Shown here one piece after another: positions 9,724 to 17,384 of a stretch of DNA of 64,000 nucleotides (position 1 is its first letter; each line of letters opens with the position of its first letter). The notes below the pieces were generated by a model. That model worked only from the letters and a program-made list of their open reading frames with translations. It had not been told where the DNA came from and did no database searches. Location of the stretch: positions 2,233,204 through 2,297,203 of the forward strand of contig OZ242312.1 in the NCBI GenBank assembly GCA_965207805.1, read 5' to 3'. Source of the stretch: Gemmatimonadota bacterium. GTDB lineage: Bacteria; Gemmatimonadota; Gemmatimonadetes; Palauibacterales; Palauibacteraceae. The position numbers and the translations under genes are program-made.

Positions 9724-11582
9724 CGGTCGATCTCCCCGAGCACGACGTCGAGCGAGGCGTTGATCGCGACGACGTCCGCGACGAGTTCGCCCCGCACGAG
9801 TTCGGGGAGCGAGGCGATGTTGATGAACGACGGGCCGCGGAAACGGCAGCGGACGGGCTTCGTGCCGCCGTCGGAGATGATCCCGAATCCCAGCTCGCCC
9901 TTCGAGCTTTCGATGGAGTACCACGTCTCGCCGGCCGGCACGCGGACGCCCTCCATCACGAGCTTGAAGTGCGAGATCATGGTGTCGATCGACCCCATCG
10001 CCTCGCCCTTCGGAGGCAGGACGATCCGGTAGTCGTCGATGTTGATCGGGCCTCCCGGGAGCCCGTCCAGCGCCTGCTCGATGATGCGGACGCTCTGCCG
10101 CATCTCCTCCACCCGCACGAGATAGCGGTCGTAGACGTCCCCCTCGGTCCCCACGGGCACGTCGAAGTCGTACTCCTCGTAGCCGAGGTAGGGGCGCGCC
10201 TTGCGCACGTCGTAGGCCACGCCGCTCGCGCGGAGGGCGGGGCCGGTGACGCCGTAGCTCAGCGCCTTGTCCGCGGAGAGCACGCCGATGTCCATCGTGC
10301 GGCCCTGCCAGATCGCGTTGCGCGACAGCAGCCGCTCGACCTCGTCCAGCGTCTCCGGGAAGGTGGACGTGAAGTCGCGCGCCGCCGCCGTCCAGCCCAC
10401 GGGCAGATCCGCCATCATCCCGCCGACCCGCGTGACGGAGGTCGTGATCCGGCCCCCCGTGTACGCCTCGTGCAGGTTGTAGATCCGCTCGCGCTCCTGG
10501 AACGTGTAGAGGAAGACGGAGAAGGCGCCGATGTCGATCGCCGTCGTCCCCAGCCACAGGAGGTGGCCGAGGATGCGGTTCAGCTCGCCGAGGATGACGC
10601 GGACGACGCGGCAGCGCTCCGTGATCTCGACGTCGAGGAGCGCTTCGACCGCCCCCGCGAAGCCGATGTTGTAGAGCATCGGCGCGAGGTAGTCCATGCG
10701 GTCCGTGTAGGGCACGCACTGGTTCCACTCGCGGTATTCGCACGTCTTCTCGAAGCCCGTGTGCAGATACCCGATATGGGGGGAGCAGCGCACGATGCGC
10801 TCCCCGTCGAGCTGGAGCACGAGCCGGAGGACGCCGTGGGTGGCCGGGTGCTGCGGTCCCATGTTGATGAGGATGGGCTCGCCCTCAAGCGCGTCCTCGG
10901 GCTGCTCGTCCGGGTGTACGTCGCGGATGCCGCCCTCCGGCGGGGCCTCAACCTCTCCATCCTCCGTGACGGCGTAGCCCGCCATCTCCAACTCCTCGAC
11001 GGCGTACATGTCGACGAGGTCGCGGGAGAGCGCGCGGCTCACCTGCCGGGAGCGGCTGAAGCGTCCCCGGAGCGGGAAGTCCTTCCGGAGCGGGAACCCC
11101 TCCTCGTAGTTCTCCGGCATGAGGATGCGGCGCAGGTCCGGATGGCCGCGGAAGCTCACGCCGTACATGTCCCACACCTCGCGCTCGAGCCAGTCGGCGG
11201 CGAGCCACAGGTCCGTGACGCTGTCCAGCTCGAGGTCGTCCATCGGGACCTCGCACGCGACCCGGAGCTGGCGGCCGTGGGCCATGGACCAGAGCTGGTA
11301 CCAGACCTGGATCGGGGCGCCGATGCCGGCGTGCGCTCCCATGACGTCCGCGAGCAGGTCGTACGCCTGGTCGGGCGTGTCGCGGAGGAAGCGGAGCGCC
11401 TCGGCGATGAGGCCGGGGTCGATCCACACGACGGGATAGCCGAGCGCGTCCGTCTCCACGCGGCGGACGCCGTCTCCGAAGCGCTCGCGCAGGGCGAGGA
11501 CCGAGGGATGGCTCGCCGCTTCCCCGTCGAGGGGCGCGACCCGCACCATGCGCGGAGGCGCGGTCGTCGTCGCGGTCGTCAA
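9720..11582 (-). CDS. nuoCD: NADH-quinone oxidoreductase fused subunit C/D
   Basis: 620 aa single ORF. It has a NuoC-like N-terminal third and a NuoD-like 49-kDa C-terminal part ending ...VVLGEIDR. Confidence 0.85.
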   Translation of the reverse strand: MTTATTTAPPRMVRVAPLDGEAASHPSVLALRERFGDGVRRVETDALGYPVVWIDPGLIAEALRFLRDTPDQAYDLLADVMGAHAGIGAPIQVWYQLWSMAHGRQLRVACEVPMDDLELDSVTDLWLAADWLEREVWDMYGVSFRGHPDLRRILMPENYEEGFPLRKDFPLRGRFSRSRQVSRALSRDLVDMYAVEELEMAGYAVTEDGEVEAPPEGGIRDVHPDEQPEDALEGEPILINMGPQHPATHGVLRLVLQLDGERIVRCSPHIGYLHTGFEKTCEYREWNQCVPYTDRMDYLAPMLYNIGFAGAVEALLDVEITERCRVVRVILGELNRILGHLLWLGTTAIDIGAFSVFLYTFQERERIYNLHEAYTGGRITTSVTRVGGMMADLPVGWTAAARDFTSTFPETLDEVERLLSRNAIWQGRTMDIGVLSADKALSYGVTGPALRASGVAYDVRKARPYLGYEEYDFDVPVGTEGDVYDRYLVRVEEMRQSVRIIEQALDGLPGGPINIDDYRIVLPPKGEAMGSIDTMISHFKLVMEGVRVPAGETWYSIESSKGELGFGIISDGGTKPVRCRFRGPSFINIASLPELVRGELVADVVAINASLDVVLGEIDR

Positions 11583-11598
11583 CGGCGGATCGCCCCGG

Positions 11599-12306
11599 TC
11601 AATCCCGGTGTTCCAGGCGGCGTTCGCGCCGGTCGCGGGAGCGGGTCAGCGCGGAGGTCGGGCCGAGCCCGCTCATGCGGTTCTGGTTCGTCGAGTTGCC
11701 GAAGGGCTGGGCGACGAGTTCGATCGTCTCCGGGGGCAGGTTCGGACGTCCGACCGCCTCCGGATCCTCGTCCCGCGACCGGGGGTCGGCCAGCGACTCT
11801 CCCTTGATCTTCTCCTGGATCATGAGGAGTCCGTAGATGAGGCCTTCCGGCCGCGGCGGGCAGCCGGGGACGTAGACGTCGACGGGGACGATGGTGTCGA
11901 TGCCCTGGACGATCGTGTAGTTGTCGAACATCCCGCCGGAACTCGCGCACGCGCCCATGGACACGCACCACTTGGGCTGCGGCATCTGGTCCCAGACGCG
12001 GCGCAGGACGGGGGCGAGCTTGTAGGTCACGCGGCCGGCGACGATCATCAGGTCCGCCTGGCGGGGGCTGAAGGACATGCGCTCCATCCCGAAGCGGCCG
12101 ATGTCGTACTTGCTCGCGGCCGAGGCCATCATCTCGATCGCGCAGCAGGCGGTCCCGAACGGCATGGGCCACAGCGAGTTGCGGCGCGCCCAGTTGACGA
12201 CGTAGTCGAGCTTCGTCGTCATCCAGTTGTGCGGGATGCCGGTGTCGAGCTCGCCGGGGTTGGCGTCCGGATGCGCGCCAGGCGGCAGCGTATCGAGGGT
12301 TCTCAT
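11599..12306 (-). CDS. nuoB: NADH-quinone oxidoreductase subunit B (4Fe-4S N2 cluster) with C-terminal extension
   Basis: Motifs [24 protein letters not shown] and GCPPRPE. An upstream SD GGGGAG is present. There are about 70 extra C-terminal residues compared with typical NuoB. Confidence 0.85.
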   Translation of the reverse strand: MRTLDTLPPGAHPDANPGELDTGIPHNWMTTKLDYVVNWARRNSLWPMPFGTACCAIEMMASAASKYDIGRFGMERMSFSPRQADLMIVAGRVTYKLAPVLRRVWDQMPQPKWCVSMGACASSGGMFDNYTIVQGIDTIVPVDVYVPGCPPRPEGLIYGLLMIQEKIKGESLADPRSRDEDPEAVGRPNLPPETIELVAQPFGNSTNQNRMSGLGPTSALTRSRDRRERRLEHRD

Positions 12307-12331
12307 CGTGTCTCCCCGCCCGGTCCCGGGT

Positions 12332-12688
12332 TCAGTCCCATTCGAGGGCCCCCTTCTTCCACGCGTACACGAGTCCGACGCCGAGCACGGTGAGGAACGC
12401 CGTGATCTCCATGAACCCGACCATCCCCAGTTCCCGGAAGATCGCGGCCCACGGAATGAGGAAGAGCGTCTCGATGTCGAGGACGATGAAGAGCATCGCC
12501 ACGATGTAGAAATTGACCGAGAAACGCTCCCGCGTCGTCCCGAGCGGGGGAATCCCCGACTCGTACGGGCTCGCCTTCACCGGGGTGGGTCGTCGGGAGC
12601 CCACGAAATGCGACACGCCCATCATCGCGGCCGCGTTCAGCACGCCGACCAACGCGAGGATCAGGATGCCGAGATATGGGTCGAGCAA
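12332..12688 (-). CDS. nuoA: NADH-quinone oxidoreductase subunit A
   Basis: Three-TM small subunit (...[36 protein letters not shown]...). Start assigned to TTG at 12688, preceded by a strong GAGGAG SD at about 9 nt. The upstream ATG at 12772 would add 28 non-conserved residues. Confidence 0.75.
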   Translation of the reverse strand: MLDPYLGILILALVGVLNAAAMMGVSHFVGSRRPTPVKASPYESGIPPLGTTRERFSVNFYIVAMLFIVLDIETLFLIPWAAIFRELGMVGFMEITAFLTVLGVGLVYAWKKGALEWD

Positions 12689-12713
12689 GGGGGTTCGCTC
12701 CTCTCGTGCGAGC

Positions 12714-12731
12714 TTGTGAATTTCTTCACTT
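12714..12731 (-). promoter_or_regulatory. Putative Rex (redox-sensing repressor) operator in nuo promoter region
   Basis: TTGTGAA-TTTC-TTCACTT matches the Rex consensus TTGTGAA-N4-TTCACAA at 14/16 positions. It lies between a candidate -10 box and the nuoA SD. Coordinates are approximate. Confidence 0.45.
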
Positions 12732-12804
12732 TCCCGCGCCGCGAAGGTATCGCGGAGGGGTGGGAGCGGCAAGCGGTATTTGGCCTCGGAAGCCGAGGGA
12801 GCGA

Positions 12805-13683
12805 GTGAGTCGAAAGCGGCCTGTGGTGCGGAATGTGGCGATCGGCGAAGGCACGGTACGCGTGACGGTTCTGGGCGCGGGGCGCCCCGTCCTCTTCCTG
12901 CACGGGATCAGCGCCCACGGCCGCGCCTGGCGGCCCGTCGCCGAGCGCTTCGCCGAGGCACATCCGGGGTGGGAATGTTGGCTTCCCGACCTGCCGGGCC
13001 GCGGCGCATCGGACGTACGGACGGAACTCTCCTACACCCTCGACGACGAGGTGCGCCGGCTTCGTGAGCTTGTGCGGGCGCTGGCGCCGGACGGCCCGCT
13101 GCCGCAACTCGTCGCCGGGCACTCGCAGGGCGCGGCGATCGCGCTCGCCCTCGCGGCGGCGGAACCGGGCATCGGCGGCCTGCTGCTCTCGAATCCGGTC
13201 ACGCCGGAGATCCGGAGCCCAGCCGTTCTGGGGTTGCTGCGGTCGTCCGCGGTGCGGAGGGCGGTCGGAAGCCTCCTGGCGCCGCTTCACGCGCCGCTGG
13301 GACACCTGGTGCTTCGGCGGGCGTGCGGTCCCGACTTCCGCGCCCCCGCGGAGCTGGTCGCCGCCTATGCGCGGCCGTGGTCGAGCCCGGCGCGCGCCCG
13401 CACGCTCCTGCGCATCCTGGCCGACTGGCGCCCTTCGGAACTGGAGGACCGCATGCCCCGGCGCCCGGTCGCCGCCCGCGTCGTGACCGGCGCCCACGAC
13501 CCGAGGATCCCCGTTGAAGCCGCAAGGCGCCTCGCCTCCCGCCTCGACTGCGACTTCACCGTGTCCCCCGACGGCGGCCACGTCCTGACCGAACAACACC
13601 CCCGGCTCCTGGCCCGCCTCCTGGGCGAAATGGCTGGCCGGTTGGCCCCGCCCCCGGCAGCTTCTAGAGCTTCGGGGGCGTGA
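12805..13683 (+). CDS. alpha/beta-fold hydrolase
   Basis: HG oxyanion motif ([11 protein letters not shown]), nucleophile elbow GHSQGAAIA, and a conserved His near the C-terminus ([10 protein letters not shown]). It is divergent from nuoA. GTG start is uncertain; other GTGs lie within 30 nt. Confidence 0.7.
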   Translation: MSRKRPVVRNVAIGEGTVRVTVLGAGRPVLFLHGISAHGRAWRPVAERFAEAHPGWECWLPDLPGRGASDVRTELSYTLDDEVRRLRELVRALAPDGPLPQLVAGHSQGAAIALALAAAEPGIGGLLLSNPVTPEIRSPAVLGLLRSSAVRRAVGSLLAPLHAPLGHLVLRRACGPDFRAPAELVAAYARPWSSPARARTLLRILADWRPSELEDRMPRRPVAARVVTGAHDPRIPVEAARRLASRLDCDFTVSPDGGHVLTEQHPRLLARLLGEMAGRLAPPPAASRASGA

Positions 13684-14218
13684 CTCCGGTCTGGCCCTGG
13701 TACTTGCCGGCCTTGTCCGCGTAGCTGACCTCGCAGACCTCGTCCGACTCGAAGAAGAGGACCTGGGCGATCCCCTCGTTCGCGTACACGCGCGCGGGCA
13801 GCGGCGTCGTGTTCGAGATCTCCAGCGTCACGTGCCCTTCCCACTCGGGTTCGAAGGGCGTGACGTTCACTATGAGGCCGCAGCGCGCGTAGGTGCTCTT
13901 CCCCACGCAGATAGTGAGGATGTTCCGCGGAATCCTGAAGTACTCGATGGAGCGCGCGAGGGCGAAGGAATTCGGGGGGATGATGCAAACGTCGCCCGAG
14001 TACTCGAGGAAGGAGCGCTCGTCGAACTTCTTGGGATCGACGACCGGGAAGAGCGCGTTGTGGAAGATCCGGAATTCGTCGGCGACCCGCATGTCGTAGC
14101 CGTAGCTGCTGACGCCATAGGAGATGACGCCGTCGCGGACCTGGCGGTCGGCAAAGGGTTCGATCATCCCCTGCTCGCGCGCCATGCGCCGAATCCAGCC
14201 GTCGCTCTTGATCGCCAT
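13664..14218 (-). CDS. dcd: dCTP deaminase
   Basis: Region [13 protein letters not shown]...[10 protein letters not shown]...[21 protein letters not shown]...[30 protein letters not shown] is typical of Dcd. Confidence 0.85.
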   Translation of the reverse strand: MAIKSDGWIRRMAREQGMIEPFADRQVRDGVISYGVSSYGYDMRVADEFRIFHNALFPVVDPKKFDERSFLEYSGDVCIIPPNSFALARSIEYFRIPRNILTICVGKSTYARCGLIVNVTPFEPEWEGHVTLEISNTTPLPARVYANEGIAQVLFFESDEVCEVSYADKAGKYQGQTGVTPPKL

Positions 14219-14294
14219 CGGACCTCTGGGTTGGGGTCTCCTCCGACGCGTCAACCTACGCGCACGTCAAGGGGTGCGGCGCCGTGCCGGTGCG

Positions 14295-14684
14295 TCAGGT
14301 TTGGGTGAGGGCGATCCAGGCGGCCCAGATCCAGGCGGCGATGAGGGCGGCGCCGCCGAGGGGCGTGATCGCGCCGAGCCAGCCGATGCCGGACAGGGCG
14401 AGGGCGTAGAGCGTGCCGCTGAACACCGCGACGCCGCCCAGCATGAGCATCCCGGGACGTCTCCACCGGGCCTCCGGCCACCGGGCCGCGGCAAGGCCGA
14501 GGAGGATGAGCCCGAGGGCGTGCAGCATGTGGTAGCGGGCCGCCGTGTCGAAGATCGCGAGGGCCTCGGCCGAGAGGCGGCCTTCGAGCGAGTGCGCGCC
14601 GAATGCTCCGGCGGCGACTCCGAGCCCCGCGAGCAGGCACCCGGCCGCGAGGAGCTTGCGGTGCGGCGAATCGGCGCCGGTCAA
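14295..14684 (-). CDS. DUF423 family small membrane protein
   Basis: GAFGAH signature (AGAFGAHSLEGRL) and 3-4 TM helices. Start is uncertain, with a TTG candidate. The longer ORF runs to 14837 but has a non-membrane Arg-rich N-terminus. Confidence 0.5.
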   Translation of the reverse strand: MTGADSPHRKLLAAGCLLAGLGVAAGAFGAHSLEGRLSAEALAIFDTAARYHMLHALGLILLGLAAARWPEARWRRPGMLMLGGVAVFSGTLYALALSGIGWLGAITPLGGAALIAAWIWAAWIALTQT

Positions 14685-14694
14685 GCGAAGACGA

Positions 14695-14940
14695 TCAGTC
14701 GAACATCGGGGCCGCGCCCGCGCCCGCCCTCCGCGCGGCCTCGCCGGCGACCGTCTCCATGACCCGGTCCCAGCGCTCCGGACTGATCTCGGCCAGCGTG
14801 GCTTCGAGGAGGGCCGCCAGTTCGGCCCCTTCCTCACGCCGCATGGGGGAATCGCCGTCTTCGAGTTCCAGCCGCCTGCGCAGGTCGGTTGCGCGTTCGA
14901 GCAGATCCCTGTGACGGAGTCGTTCCTCGTAGCTCGTCAT
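14695..14940 (-). CDS. hypothetical 81-aa acidic helical protein translationally coupled to moaA
   Basis: ORF MTSYEERLRHRDLLERATDLRRRLELEDGD... Its ATG overlaps the moaA stop (ATGA). It lies in the C-terminal part of the longer alternate-frame ORF 14695..15951. Confidence 0.45.
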   Translation of the reverse strand: MTSYEERLRHRDLLERATDLRRRLELEDGDSPMRREEGAELAALLEATLAEISPERWDRVMETVAGEAARRAGAGAAPMFD

Positions 14941-15917
14941 CCGCCGACCTGACTCAGGGCGGCGAGCCCGCCGCTGCCGGCCGCCGTTCCCAGTTCCAGG
15001 TAGTGGCGCTTCGGCTTCCCGGCGAGCGCCTCCGCCACCGCGCCCTCGATACGGCCCGTGTCGCGCAGCGGGCCCTTCAGGTCGACCTCGTGATCGCCGA
15101 ACAGGCAGGTCCGCAGCTTCCCATCGGCGGTCAGCCGCATGCGGTTGCAGCGCTCGCAGTAGTTGTGGGAGAGGGGCGTGATCGCACCCACCGTCCCGGC
15201 GCCGCCCGGGAAGCGGTAATACACGGCGGGCCCGTTCCCCCGGGGTCCCGGGTCCGGCAGCAGGTCCTCGATCGCGCGGATCTTCTCGAGCACTTCGTCC
15301 GTCGAGATGAAACGGTCGGTGAGATGCAGGTTCTCTCCGACCGGCATGAGTTCGATGAAGCGCACATGCCAGGGCCGCTCCCGCGTGATCTCGGCGAAGT
15401 CGACGACCTCGTGGTCGTTGAGGCCCCGCATGATGACGCAGTTGATCTTGATCGGAGCGAAGCCCGCCTCCTCGGCGGCCCGCAGGCCGTCCATCGTCTC
15501 GTCGAAACGCCGCGCCGGCCGCCGGGCGATCTCCTCGAACCCATCCCGGTCGAGCGTATCCAAGCTGACGTTCACGCGCGCGACTCCGGCTTCCCGGAGG
15601 GCCGTCGCGAAACGCGGCAGGAGGATGGCGTTCGTGGAGAGCGAGATGTCGTCGATGCCGGGGACCGCGGCGATCATGCGGACGAGATCCGGCAGGTCCT
15701 TGCGGACGAGCGGTTCCCCGCCGGTGATCCGGACCCGCTGCAACCCGAGCGCGGCCATCTGGCGCACGATCTCGGAGATCTCCTCGTACGCGAGCATCTC
15801 GGGCTTGGGGATCCAGGCGAGCCCCTCCTCCGGCATGCAGTACGTGCAGCGCAGGTTGCAGCGATCCGTGACCGATATCCGGAGATACCGGATCCGGCGA
15901 CCGAACTGATCTCTCAT
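14937..15917 (-). CDS. moaA: GTP 3',8-cyclase (radical SAM, molybdenum cofactor biosynthesis protein A)
   Basis: CNLRCTYCMP radical-SAM CxxxCxxC motif, a C-terminal second cluster CxxCxRxR (NYCERCNRMRLTADGKLRTCLF), and a GG tail. Confidence 0.9.
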   Translation of the reverse strand: MRDQFGRRIRYLRISVTDRCNLRCTYCMPEEGLAWIPKPEMLAYEEISEIVRQMAALGLQRVRITGGEPLVRKDLPDLVRMIAAVPGIDDISLSTNAILLPRFATALREAGVARVNVSLDTLDRDGFEEIARRPARRFDETMDGLRAAEEAGFAPIKINCVIMRGLNDHEVVDFAEITRERPWHVRFIELMPVGENLHLTDRFISTDEVLEKIRAIEDLLPDPGPRGNGPAVYYRFPGGAGTVGAITPLSHNYCERCNRMRLTADGKLRTCLFGDHEVDLKGPLRDTGRIEGAVAEALAGKPKRHYLELGTAAGSGGLAALSQVGG

Positions 15918-15981
15918 GGCACCGATCGTGTGGGTTTCGCGGGAAGCTCATCGCTCCCCCGGGCCGGGAGCGGCGAGTGGC

Positions 15982-16019
15982 GGGACTCCGCGCAGCCTTT
16001 CGCAGCCGCGCGGAGTCCC
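15982..16019. repeat. GC-rich perfect inverted repeat (12-bp stem, 14-nt loop)
   Basis: GGGACTCCGCGC-N14-GCGCGGAGTCCC lies in the intergenic region between the small leader-like ORF and moaA. No U-tract follows. Confidence 0.5.
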
Positions 16020-16031
16020 CGCTGCGGACGA

Positions 16032-16052
16032 CTAGTGTCGATACGACACTAG
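16032..16052. repeat. 9-3-9 palindrome CTAGTGTCG-ATA-CGACACTAG (possible operator or RNA hairpin)
   Basis: Perfect 9-bp arms with a 3-nt spacer. It overlaps the stop codon of the 40-aa ORF and is about 115 nt upstream of the moaA start. Confidence 0.45.
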
Positions 16053-16171
16053 CTGATCGCCGTGACGTCCTCCTGCATCATCATGTTGTCGTCATCGTCG
16101 CCACAGTCTCCGGCAAACGAGACCGTCGCGATCATCGCGACGACCAGCAGGTTGCGGACCATTTTCAACAT
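16049..16171 (-). CDS. putative 40-aa leader-like or secreted micro-protein (MLKMVRNLLVVAMIATVSFAGDCGDDDDNMMMQEDVTAIS)
   Basis: Very strong SD (GAGGAGGA) 4 nt upstream of the ATG. It has a hydrophobic signal-like N-terminus, an acidic run and a Met triplet. It lies between moaE and moaA. Confidence 0.35.
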   Translation of the reverse strand: MLKMVRNLLVVAMIATVSFAGDCGDDDDNMMMQEDVTAIS

Positions 16172-16250
16172 GGCGTCCTCCTCGATTTGGGCGCCCGCGC
16201 CCGAGGCCGGTTGCCTCGGAATCCGTCGGACCGCCCCTGACCAGACCTTC

Positions 16251-16742
16251 CTACTCGAACCGGGCGCCGCCGGCCGGGGCTTCCGTCTCCAGGGCCGGGG
16301 CTCCCACCCAGTGCGACTCGCCATCCTCGTAGTGCTCGTGCTTCCAGACCGGCAATCTGACCTTGATCGTTTCGATAACCCACCGCGAAGCCCGGTAGCC
16401 GTCGTCGCGGTGTGCCGACGTGACCGCGATCGCCACGCTGACCTCTCCCAGCCCGAGATCGCCCACCCGGTGGGCCGCGGCGATGGAGCCCACGTCGAAC
16501 CGCTCAAGCGCCTCGTGGCAGATGGCGGACAACTCCCGTTCCGCCATCTCACCGTACGCCTCGTACGTGAGGCGCGACACCGTGAGACCGCGGTTCGTGC
16601 GGCGAACCCGCCCCTGAAAGAAGAGCAGCGCGCCGTCCTCCACCGACCCGATCTCCCGTACAATATCCTCGAACTGCGCGAAATCGTCCAGACTTTCGCG
16701 GGTGATCCAGGCTCGGACGCGGTCGTCAGCCCCCGGCGACAT
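16251..16742 (-). CDS. moaE: molybdopterin synthase catalytic subunit
   Basis: MoaE fold sequence ...LLFFQGRVRRTNRGLTVSRLTYEAYGEMAE...HRVGDLGLGEVSVAIAVTSAHRDDGYRASRWVIETIK. Confidence 0.85.
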   Translation of the reverse strand: MSPGADDRVRAWITRESLDDFAQFEDIVREIGSVEDGALLFFQGRVRRTNRGLTVSRLTYEAYGEMAERELSAICHEALERFDVGSIAAAHRVGDLGLGEVSVAIAVTSAHRDDGYRASRWVIETIKVRLPVWKHEHYEDGESHWVGAPALETEAPAGGARFE

Positions 16743-16746
16743 CGGC

Positions 16747-16998
16747 TCAGCCACCCGATACCGGGGGGATGAGGGCGACCTCGTCTCCGTCGGACAGGGT
16801 CGTGCCGGCCTCCCCATAACTCTGGTTGACGGCGACGACGACGCGCTCTGGAAGCCAGTCGAGCCCCCCGGGCCCGCGCAGGGTCTCGACGAGGTCCGCC
16901 ACGGTGCTGCCCGCCGGGAGTTCCGCCGACCCCTCCCTGCGCGCGGCGAGTTCGCCGTACACGCCGAAGAAGAGGGTGCGAACCGAGATCCGATCCAT
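16747..16998 (-). CDS. moaD: molybdopterin synthase sulfur-carrier subunit
   Basis: 83 aa ubiquitin-like protein ending in the -GG C-terminus (...LIPPVSGG). Confidence 0.8.
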   Translation of the reverse strand: MDRISVRTLFFGVYGELAARREGSAELPAGSTVADLVETLRGPGGLDWLPERVVVAVNQSYGEAGTTLSDGDEVALIPPVSGG

Positions 16999-17011
16999 TA
17001 CGGGCGCCTGT

Positions 17012-17287
17012 TCATGGGCGCGCGTCCGCCAGCGCGAGGTAGGCGAGGAGCCGCGGCACGATCCCCTCTTCGCGCAGCGTCGTCACGCGGACCCGCGTGC
17101 CATCGGGCCCCCGTGGATCCGGGAAGGCGGCCACGGCGAGGTTGCCCCGGAAGGTGCAGAACGCGATGTGCGTGTCGCTCTCGGTATCGACCCAGGCGTC
17201 CACCATCCGGTCGTCCCCGAGAAAAAAGTCTCGCGCGGCGGCCAGCACGTCCGCCGGGGCCAGCGCGCTTACGGTCTCTGTCGTCAT
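17012..17287 (-). CDS. hypothetical protein (91 aa) upstream of moaD
   Basis: ORF MTTETVSALAPADVLAAARDFFLGDDRMVDAWVDTESDTHIAFCTFRGNLAVAAFPDPRGP... GGGGAG SD upstream. No recognisable motif. Confidence 0.45.
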   Translation of the reverse strand: MTTETVSALAPADVLAAARDFFLGDDRMVDAWVDTESDTHIAFCTFRGNLAVAAFPDPRGPDGTRVRVTTLREEGIVPRLLAYLALADARP

Positions 17288-17384
17288 GGACTCTCCCCGC
17301 GTACCATCCAGCAACCGAAAGATAGGGGCGCCGCAGCCCTCTCTCAAATCCGACCGATCCCCTTCGACAAACGAGCGCCCGACC

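Noticed and set aside
15918-16048. Molybdenum-cofactor (Moco) riboswitch upstream of moaA.
   Set aside because: The position is right for one, but I cannot recognise the conserved Moco-riboswitch core by eye. The region is dominated by two simple perfect hairpins rather than a multi-stem junction. It is left as an open check in the findings, not called.
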